Origin: Rhodospirillales bacterium
GTDB taxonomy: Bacteria > Pseudomonadota > Alphaproteobacteria > Rhodospirillales > Casp-alpha2
Assembly: GCA_013204265.1 (NCBI GenBank)
Contig: JABMOG010000151.1
Coordinates: forward strand, 1-57,737
Length of the DNA stretch: 57,737 nucleotides
Direction of reading: 5' to 3'
Shown: piece after piece, positions 51,130-57,737 of the stretch
Numbering within the stretch: the first letter of the stretch is position 1
Layout: every line of letters begins with the position of its first letter
Translations under genes and position numbers: made by a program
Notes under the pieces: model-generated
What the model saw: only the letters and a program-made list of their open reading frames with translations
What the model was told of the DNA's origin: nothing
Database searches by the model: none

Positions 51130-52224
51130 CTAATGGGCCTGAGAATTTGTTTTTTGGTCGATAGGAGCGTTGGCGGCATAGTCCCTGTCCGCGGGCTTAC
51201 CCAACCGATCCCAATATTCCATCGGCGAGGCGCCGCCGCCGGGGCGCTTGACGCCAAGGTTGTCCTCGGTGAATGGCTCACCGGCTTTGACCGGCTCTAG
51301 GGCGACTAGGCTTTTACGGACGATAGCTTTGTTTTTGACCTCGGACGGCTGCAGCTGCTTGTTGCCATCGCCCAAAGATTGCTCGACGGCGCGGATACCC
51401 TCGATCATCTCTTTCAATTCATTCGGTTCCAACGATGCCTGATGGTCAGGCCCGGGAAGGCTGCGATCCAAGGTGAAGTGCTTTTCAATAACAGACGCGC
51501 CTAATGCCGTGGCGGCGATGGCAACGGCAATGCCCGGTGTGTGATCGGAAAGCCCGACCCGCAGCCCGAAAGCATCTCGCATGGTGTCCATGGCACTCAG
51601 GTTGGCATCTTCAAAGGGTGCCGGGTATTCGGTGGTGCAGTGGAGAAGCGTCACCTTTTCCCGGAGCGCCTTTTTACCGGCATCCGAATTGAAGTCATCC
51701 CGAAAAGCATCCGGGGACGGTTGTTCACCGCCGGTCAGCCCGAACGCCAGCACGCCCAGCGCCTCGGTGACCTCATCCAGGGTGCTCATACCGGTGGAAA
51801 GAATGATGTCGCAGCCGCTTGTCCCAGCTTGCAGGAGAAGCGGCCCATTGGTGATTTCGCCCGAAGGAATCTTCAAGGTATCCAGTTTCAGGTCATCGAC
51901 CAGGAAGCGAAGGCTGTTGGCATCGAACGGCGTCGACAGGAACCGGATGCCCTTTTTCCGGCAGTGATCGAAAAGTTCATGATGCAAGTCATGAGATAAT
52001 TCCAACCGTTGCAGCATCTCAAGCTGGGATTCGCCGGAGTCCGTGGCTTGTTTCTGATATTCGGCTTTCTCAACTCCGGCCGAGATTACGTTGTCGGCTT
52101 TGAAGGTCTGGAACTTGACCGCATTGGCACCAGCACCGGCGGCCGCATCGACCAGGGCCAAAGCCATATCACGTTCGCCATTATGGTTGACGCCGGCTTC
52201 GGCGATTATGAATACGTTTGTCAG
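51130..52224 (-). CDS. neuB: N-acylneuraminate/legionaminate synthase with SAF domain
   Basis: The tracked ORF starts at M in ...ERDMALALVDAAAGAGANAVKFQTF. The same frame upstream encodes the conserved FIIAEAGVNHNG, so the gene must begin earlier, at a CTG at 52224 (CTGA overlap with the upstream stop) or at ATA/ATC. VGLSDHTPG, IEKHFTLD and the SAF-type tail LVALEPVKAGEPFT are present. Confidence 0.8.
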   Translation of the reverse strand: MTNVFIIAEAGVNHNGERDMALALVDAAAGAGANAVKFQTFKADNVISAGVEKAEYQKQATDSGESQLEMLQRLELSHDLHHELFDHCRKKGIRFLSTPFDANSLRFLVDDLKLDTLKIPSGEITNGPLLLQAGTSGCDIILSTGMSTLDEVTEALGVLAFGLTGGEQPSPDAFRDDFNSDAGKKALREKVTLLHCTTEYPAPFEDANLSAMDTMRDAFGLRVGLSDHTPGIAVAIAATALGASVIEKHFTLDRSLPGPDHQASLEPNELKEMIEGIRAVEQSLGDGNKQLQPSEVKNKAIVRKSLVALEPVKAGEPFTEDNLGVKRPGGGASPMEYWDRLGKPADRDYAANAPIDQKTNSQAH

Positions 52225-52889
52225 CGGATTTCCTTGAGGATCATGAAGGCTTCTGCTGCGGAACAGCCGGCCTGGCTGCCGCGAAGGGTGGCCAGGGCGC
52301 GGATTGCTTCGGGGCTGCGCGGGAATGGGAAGGCCCCCATTTCGCCATCATAGGTTTCCATAATGCGGATTTTTTCATCCAAGTGAGCGGAGATATCGAC
52401 GAACAGGTTGGGGCGGAAGGCTTGGCGGCTGGGGTCGATCCCGAAATCAGTTTCCGACGAGATTTCGCAGGCGATCACCTGTTGAATGCCGGGGTGGCGG
52501 AAACACTTGCAGCAGGCCGAAACCGCTTCAAAGGAGATGCGGTGTTCACTGTGGACATCGCCCGAAAAAGGCACGTACAGGGTGTTGGGGGAAATCTTTG
52601 TGAAGGCTTCCCCCATCGCGTTGATGACGTCGCCCAGGGTAACTTCGTCCAGCCGTGTTGCCGGAAACCCAAGCCGCGTCACCGAAGAAAATCCATAGGC
52701 TTTCTCAACGGAAGCAAGTTCCTTTTCGCGGGCATCAATCTGGGCCTCTGAAAACCCCGATTTTTCCGTCATATCGGTAACGATCAGCCAATGAAGTTCG
52801 TCGCCGTCGGCCTTGTGACGCAACAGCGTACCGCCGCTACCGAGTGTTTCATCGTCGGGGTGGGGGGCGACAACAAGGATAGTGCTCAT
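52221..52889 (-). CDS. PIG-L/LmbE-family N-deacetylase
   Basis: ORF trimmed to MSTILVVAPHPDDETLGSGGTLL at 52889 (ATGA overlap). Confidence 0.85.
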   Translation of the reverse strand: MSTILVVAPHPDDETLGSGGTLLRHKADGDELHWLIVTDMTEKSGFSEAQIDAREKELASVEKAYGFSSVTRLGFPATRLDEVTLGDVINAMGEAFTKISPNTLYVPFSGDVHSEHRISFEAVSACCKCFRHPGIQQVIACEISSETDFGIDPSRQAFRPNLFVDISAHLDEKIRIMETYDGEMGAFPFPRSPEAIRALATLRGSQAGCSAAEAFMILKEIR

Positions 52890-53770
52890 AGGCAGTCTCC
52901 AACCTTGGGCGGGGATTGAATGTCGTGCTCGATCAGGTTCACGGCGCCGACGCCACACTTAACCGTGATAGCGGCGCCATCGATGCTAAGGACCCTGCCG
53001 GGCTCTATATCTTCGTCTTCTGCCTTGCTCACGAGCGCTTTCCAGACCTTGGGCTCACCCGCGTTGTAGTCAAAATGCGCGCCGGGATAGGGGTGGGTCA
53101 GTGCGCGGATCAAGTTGCAAACGCCTTGGGCGGGCATCCGCCAGTCAATTTTCCCATCGTCCTTGCTTCGTTTGCGCCAAGCGGTCGCTTTGCTTGCATC
53201 TTGCGGAGAACGCTTAAGGTGCCCCTCCGCCAGGTCATGGACAATGCCTCCAAGTTGATTGATCGCGGCATCAACTAGCTTTGCATACAGGCTGGCAGCA
53301 TCATCGTCGTCGCCGATGGCAATCCGTTGTTGAGAAAGGATGTCACCGGAATCGGCACCTTCATCCATGAAGAAAAAAGTTGATCCGGTTTCTTTGAGGC
53401 CAAGTGCAAGGGCCCAGATGATGGGATGGCGGCCGCGGTTGCGGGGCAGCAGCGCCGGATGGTAGCCGATCACGCCTTCCTTGGGGATGGCAAGAATGTC
53501 TGGACCAAGCAGGTAAGACCAACCAAGGCAGAAAACGACATCGGGATTAAGTCCATCGATCCAAGCGGCCATTTTTTCTTGATTATTGCCGCCCACATTG
53601 AGGCAAGGCACCCTGGCCTTGGCGGCTAATGGCTCAAGGGATTTGAAATCGGCGTTGAAAGAGGATGCCTTACGCGTGACTACTCCTGCAATTTCAATAC
53701 CGTCCATTTCGAGAAGGCCATCAAGAAGTGTGTAGGATGATTCCAGGCAACCGATAAACACCGCCTTCAT
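52886..53770 (-). CDS. Formyltransferase (Fmt/ArnA N-domain-like)
   Basis: VFCLGWSYLL, GVIGYHPALLPRNRGRHPIIWAL, and C-terminal Fmt-like domain PGAHF...KVWKA. Confidence 0.85.
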   Translation of the reverse strand: MKAVFIGCLESSYTLLDGLLEMDGIEIAGVVTRKASSFNADFKSLEPLAAKARVPCLNVGGNNQEKMAAWIDGLNPDVVFCLGWSYLLGPDILAIPKEGVIGYHPALLPRNRGRHPIIWALALGLKETGSTFFFMDEGADSGDILSQQRIAIGDDDDAASLYAKLVDAAINQLGGIVHDLAEGHLKRSPQDASKATAWRKRSKDDGKIDWRMPAQGVCNLIRALTHPYPGAHFDYNAGEPKVWKALVSKAEDEDIEPGRVLSIDGAAITVKCGVGAVNLIEHDIQSPPKVGDCL

Positions 53771-54936
53771 GTAGGCACAGGAATGTTGTGGAAGCGTTTC
53801 ATTAAAATATTGGAAAGGTCCGCTTTTTTCAGCAGGTCTTTGATTATTGTAGACGCGCCTCCGCGCCCGTAAGGCGGTTCGTTGATAAATGCCGTTTCAA
53901 GAAAACCCGGATCGAGGGCGCGTTTTATCGCGGCACGAATATCATCGATTTGTTCGGCGCAGTGGATAATTGAATCTGCGCTCAATCTGCGTAATTGACG
54001 GTCGCCGAGATTGACCGTCGGCGTGCCTGCGGTGGGAGCTTCGGCAATACCGCTGGACGAATTGCCAATCACCGCATCGGCGAGCGTAAGCGCGCTGAGG
54101 TAACGATGATGGCCCAGGCTAGTTTTGTTTAACACCCGATTCGGGTTGGCGTCGGAATAAGCGGCAATGGCTTCGCGAATACGGTCGTTTCCGGCATCCG
54201 CATTGACCCCGGTGATAATGACCTTGTGATCGGGAAAGGTGTCGAGGGCACCAAAAAGTTTGTTCATGGCCTGAGCTGGGTCGACAACGGAAAGCGTAAC
54301 CGGGTGATAGGTCAGCATGAAGAAGTGATCGCCCAGATCGAATCCCAGCGAGTTTTCCAGTTCCGCCTTGTCCATCAGGTCTCTGCGAAAAATAGCGTCC
54401 AGCCCCGGCGTGCCGACGGTAAAGACCCGGGCCGGGTCTTCGCCCAGTTGAATAATGCGCTGCGCATAGGGCTTGGCGGCGGCGAAGTGTAAATGCGCCA
54501 TTTTGGTTATGGAGTGCCGGATGGCTTCGTCAATCAACCCTTCCGTCGCCTCGCCGCCGTGGAGGTGGGCGATGGGGGTTTGTGTGACCATGGCAGCGGA
54601 CGCCGCCGCCAGCATTTCGAATCGGTCGCCAAGAATAACCAGAATATCCGGCTGTAAATCCATCAATGCCTTGGCCATGCCCGCCACGCCCCGGCCCATG
54701 GCGGCGGCAATGCCTTCGGGGCTGTCGTCGGTTTCGCCCATGGGGACTCGGGCGTCGATGGCAAAGCCGTCAGCCTCGACCTCCTTATAGGTATTTCCGA
54801 ATCGTTCCTCCAGATGCATGCCGGTCAACATGATCTGTAATTCCAGGTCCGGGTCATCGGCGATATCCCGTATCAGCCATTGCATGTGGCCGTATTCTGC
54901 CCGCGACCCGGTCGTTACACAGACTTTACGCGTCAT
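53767..54936 (-). CDS. neuC: UDP/GDP-N-acetylglucosamine 2-epimerase (hydrolysing), NeuC type
   Basis: KVCVTTGSRAEYGHMQWLIRDI, ILVILGDRFE and HLHGGE. Confidence 0.9.
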   Translation of the reverse strand: MTRKVCVTTGSRAEYGHMQWLIRDIADDPDLELQIMLTGMHLEERFGNTYKEVEADGFAIDARVPMGETDDSPEGIAAAMGRGVAGMAKALMDLQPDILVILGDRFEMLAAASAAMVTQTPIAHLHGGEATEGLIDEAIRHSITKMAHLHFAAAKPYAQRIIQLGEDPARVFTVGTPGLDAIFRRDLMDKAELENSLGFDLGDHFFMLTYHPVTLSVVDPAQAMNKLFGALDTFPDHKVIITGVNADAGNDRIREAIAAYSDANPNRVLNKTSLGHHRYLSALTLADAVIGNSSSGIAEAPTAGTPTVNLGDRQLRRLSADSIIHCAEQIDDIRAAIKRALDPGFLETAFINEPPYGRGGASTIIKDLLKKADLSNILMKRFHNIPVPT

Positions 54937-56078
54937 GAAAGAGCCTTTCTAACGGCCGCGATAACGGAGTCCTGATCGGATTCGTTGAGACCCGTAGAGC
55001 AGGGCAGCGTCAGGACGTTAGGCCACAGGGATTCGGAGACATCCATATTCGCAAACGGTGCATCGGCATAAGGCGGTTGCATGTGGACGGGTTTCCAAAA
55101 AGGCCGAGTGTCGATTTCCGCCGCCCTCAGTTTGTCGCGCAGTTCCGAAACCGTTGTTTGAAGTTCGGCATTGATGATGATGCCGGAAAGCCAGCATGCG
55201 CTTTCCACCCCGGGCACTTCGGGGAAAATACCGACGCCGGAAAGATCGCCAAGGTGTTGGTCGTACCGCCGCCGGATGCGCCGCTTGGCGTCCACCAATT
55301 CATCGATACGTTCCATCTGGGCGCATCCCACCGCGGCCTGAAGATTGGTCATGCGGTAATTGAAACCGATGTGGTCGTGGTGATAGTCGGCGCCCGAGCG
55401 GGCAGTCGTTGACAGGTGGCGAACGAAGTCCATTAGCGCCGCGTCATCCCCGGTCACCGCGCCACCGCCTCCGGCGGTCACGGTTTTGTTGCCATTGAAG
55501 GAGAACACATTCAGGTCAGCGCCAAGATGTCCAACCGGGCGACCTTTGTCCGTCGCCCCAAGAGCCGCCGCCGCGTCGGTGATGACGGGCAAGCCATAGC
55601 TACGGGCGATTTCGACGATGCGATCCATGTCGGCGGGAAGCCCGAGGGTGTGAACCGGCATCACGGCGGCGACCCGACGACCCGTCGGAACATGGATCAG
55701 GGATTCTTTCTCTCGCCGTGTTTCCTTCTCCAGCCGGCCGGCCAGCGACGTGGGGCCCAAATTCCAGCTTTCCGGCGTTACATCGAACAACCAGGGTGTT
55801 GCGCCGCAATGGGAAATAGCGTTGGCGCTGGCGATGAAGGTGAAGGACGGCAGGATAACCAGATCGTCGCGGCCTACCCCCATGGCGGTCAACGCAAGGT
55901 GCAGCCCCGCCGTTCCCGATTGCGTGGCAACGGCCCGCAATGAACCCGAAGCCTTTGCCACCAGAAATTCGAAAGTGTCCACGAAGGGCCCGACCGTAGA
56001 CACAAATGTGGATGTAACACATTCCTCCAGGTAGCGGGCTTCATTTCCGTCCAGGTTGGGCACGGCAAGCGGAATCAC
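54933..56078 (-). CDS. DegT/DnrJ/EryC1-family PLP aminotransferase (LegC/PglE-like)
   Basis: VIPLAVPNLDGNEARYLEEC, with the catalytic Lys in VFSFNGNKTVTAGGGGAV. Start set at the GTG at 56078 (GTGA overlap, AGGAGG 10 nt upstream); the ORF-track TTG at 56123 is the alternative. Confidence 0.85.
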   Translation of the reverse strand: MIPLAVPNLDGNEARYLEECVTSTFVSTVGPFVDTFEFLVAKASGSLRAVATQSGTAGLHLALTAMGVGRDDLVILPSFTFIASANAISHCGATPWLFDVTPESWNLGPTSLAGRLEKETRREKESLIHVPTGRRVAAVMPVHTLGLPADMDRIVEIARSYGLPVITDAAAALGATDKGRPVGHLGADLNVFSFNGNKTVTAGGGGAVTGDDAALMDFVRHLSTTARSGADYHHDHIGFNYRMTNLQAAVGCAQMERIDELVDAKRRIRRRYDQHLGDLSGVGIFPEVPGVESACWLSGIIINAELQTTVSELRDKLRAAEIDTRPFWKPVHMQPPYADAPFANMDVSESLWPNVLTLPCSTGLNESDQDSVIAAVRKALS

Positions 56079-57064
56079 TGTGCTGTTGCCTCCTCGCCCC
56101 TGAAGATGGTTTTCTGATACCAATCATAGGTCAGGCGGACGCCTTCCTTCAGGCCGACCCGCGGTTTGTAATTGGCGGCGGCGATTGTCTTGCTCATGTC
56201 GGGACAGCGCTTGACAGGAGAGCCAGGCGTTGGTGGAAGAGGTGTGATTGTCAGGGGGCGGTCGACGGTATTGATGATTATCTGCGCCAGGTCACCAATG
56301 GAAACCTCCGCATCTTGATTGCCGATGTTGAAAGTACCGTCAACACCCTGTTCGAGTAGCCGCGTGATCATTTCGACGCCATCGTCCACGTAACAAAAGG
56401 CGCGGCGGTGGTCGACGGAGGCGACTTTAAGCGTGCCTTCAGGCGGAAGTTCACCGGCCTGCTTCAAAAGTTCCGGAACGACATGGGCCATGCCCATCCG
56501 TGGGCCGTAAAGGTTGTGCGGCCGGATAATCGTGACGGGCACATCGGCCTGCTGGCACATGGCTTCACCGTAAATCTTGGACAACATATAAGATGTCCGG
56601 GGGTGAGCGAGATCGGTCAATACCAATAGTGAATCCTCAGGCGTGGGGATCGTAAGGTCCATGTATTGAAGGGTTCCCGCAGTGACCTCACTGGTTGAAG
56701 CAAAAAGAAATCGCTCCAGGTTTTTCTGGCGCCGGGCAAGACGAAGGACATTACTGGTCATCAGGACGTTATCCGTAAGCACCGCATACGGCCTTTCCAG
56801 CACATGACGGACCCCGATGATGGCAGCTAGGTGGATTATCCAGTGATAGTCGTCCCCAAGTTCGTCTATTCCCGTTGGCGAAAGTAATTCCGCTTCCAAA
56901 AGTCGAACGCCACTCTGATTGATCAGCTTCTCGAGAAAGCCGTCCTTTACGCCACGAGAAAAATTATCGAGAAGATCAATTTGGCAGCCTTTCGCAATCA
57001 GGGCTTTGGCCAGGTGTGCTCCCAAAAAGCCGCCGCCGCCGGTGATAAGAACCTTTTTGCTCAA
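56075..57064 (-). CDS. NAD-dependent nucleotide-sugar dehydratase/epimerase (extended SDR)
   Basis: KKVLITGGGGFLGAHLAKAL and YMLSKIYGE. Start set at the TTG at 57064 (TTGA overlap, GGAGAGG upstream). Confidence 0.8.
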   Translation of the reverse strand: MSKKVLITGGGGFLGAHLAKALIAKGCQIDLLDNFSRGVKDGFLEKLINQSGVRLLEAELLSPTGIDELGDDYHWIIHLAAIIGVRHVLERPYAVLTDNVLMTSNVLRLARRQKNLERFLFASTSEVTAGTLQYMDLTIPTPEDSLLVLTDLAHPRTSYMLSKIYGEAMCQQADVPVTIIRPHNLYGPRMGMAHVVPELLKQAGELPPEGTLKVASVDHRRAFCYVDDGVEMITRLLEQGVDGTFNIGNQDAEVSIGDLAQIIINTVDRPLTITPLPPTPGSPVKRCPDMSKTIAAANYKPRVGLKEGVRLTYDWYQKTIFRGEEATAQ

Positions 57065-57737
57065 GACGCAGCCTCTCCCCGGCCGATGCACTCTACCCGG
57101 CATCCGGCTTCGCTTAGAGTATGTCGTTGTTCCGCGGTCAGAACATTATTGGCGTCCAATATGGCCAGCTTGCTTCCATCGAGCCAGGTGGCAAGGTCCA
57201 ATCCCCGGTAGGCTTCATGGGCGACGGCAAAAACGACTATGTCAACTCCTTGCGGGCTTGGCAGGTCAACCGGAACCTCCAAGTCAACCTCGGGCCAGTA
57301 TCTCACCAAGGGGTCATGGACGGACACATGCGCGCCCAGGTTACGCGCGCGCTCAAGGAAAAATTGCGATGGCGAAAACCGGGTATCGCCGATGCCGGGA
57401 CGATAACTGACACCAAGCAACAAGATACCTTTTCCCGACAGGCCACCATCCAACATGGACTGGGCGCGATCTAAGCTGGCCAAAGGCATTGCGCTGTTGA
57501 CTTCAACTGCGAGGTGGGAAAACGGAAAATCAAGATCGGGTCTTGAAAAATGCTCGACGGCGGCAAACCGAGCAAACAGAGGATCCTTGGTCAGACAGTA
57601 TCCCCCTACACCGAAACCCGGTTGACGTATATTTGAGTGGGTCGGGCGAACCCGAATCGCATCAATGACTTCGAACAGGTCGACCCCAACGCCCTCGGCG
57701 AACCGGGCCCACTCTTCGATAAAGGCGATATTTACCG
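57061..57737 (-). CDS. Nucleotide-sugar 6-dehydrogenase (UDP-glucose/GDP-mannose dehydrogenase family), C-terminal part; gene continues past the right edge
   Basis: The frame stays open upstream of the tracked Met at 57489. Hand translation gives ...PGFGVGGYCLTKDP...DLDFPFSHLAVEVNSAMPLASL..., then ILLLGVSYRPGIGDTRFSP. Confidence 0.85.
   Translation of the reverse strand, partial: VNIAFIEEWARFAEGVGVDLFEVIDAIRVRPTHSNIRQPGFGVGGYCLTKDPLFARFAAVEHFSRPDLDFPFSHLAVEVNSAMPLASLDRAQSMLDGGLSGKGILLLGVSYRPGIGDTRFSPSQFFLERARNLGAHVSVHDPLVRYWPEVDLEVPVDLPSPQGVDIVVFAVAHEAYRGLDLATWLDGSKLAILDANNVLTAEQRHTLSEAGCRVECIGRGEAAS

Noticed and set aside
57061-57489. The tracked 142-aa ORF as a separate small gene.
   Set aside because: The frame stays open upstream to the window edge and encodes the catalytic GGYCLTKDP region. 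The ORF is the C-terminal part of one partial dehydrogenase gene.
1-57737. A search for CRISPR arrays, rRNA/tRNA genes, IS elements, integrases, long inverted or direct repeats, and rho-independent terminators in the short intergenic gaps (20800..20841, 40033..40110, 41683..41784 and others).
   Set aside because: I found none that I could support. The gaps are 1-102 bp and show no convincing GC-rich hairpin followed by a T-run. The only tandem repeat seen is the 9-bp triplicate at 21166.

Overview
The window is one continuous surface-glycan (LPS, capsule or protein-glycosylation type) biosynthesis island. I call 57 coding regions, and all but one lie on the minus strand. They are packed with short gaps and many 1-4 nt start/stop overlaps (ATGA, GTGA, TTGA). 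I found no rRNA, tRNA, CRISPR array, transposase or integrase.

Recognisable content:
- A legionaminic-acid-type nonulosonate pathway: dehydratase, aminotransferase, NeuC, NeuD, NeuB, NeuA and a CBS-nucleotidyltransferase. A formyltransferase and a PIG-L deacetylase are inserted into it.
- A second NeuB-based module with a KdsC-like phosphatase, a SpsF-like cytidylyltransferase, an aminotransferase, a GNAT and several oxidoreductases.
- A third pair: an HpcH-type pyruvate aldolase plus a KdsB-like cytidylyltransferase.
- CDP-3,6-dideoxyhexose genes (rfbF, rfbG, rfbH and a reductase).
- A GtrB/ArnC-like GT2 and a large polytopic membrane protein.
- A PglK/MsbA-like ABC half-transporter.
- Several SAM methyltransferases.
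- A carbamoyltransferase with SxtJ/SxtK-like partners.
- An AT-rich module of MBOAT, carrier protein and two SGNH proteins.
- Three AsnB-family enzymes, two stand-alone carrier proteins and two B12-type radical SAM genes (one truncated).

Most interesting observations:
- Three mutually similar large proteins of no family I can name, one beside each cytidylyltransferase module.
- The carrier-protein-linked MBOAT/SGNH acylation module.
- A tandem AsnB pair, one copy without the glutaminase cysteine, followed by a carrier protein.
- A carbamoyltransferase split by an in-frame TAG at the junction between its N- and C-terminal regions, with an untracked 50-aa gene downstream.

All functional calls rest on motif recognition by eye. 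No database search was possible.
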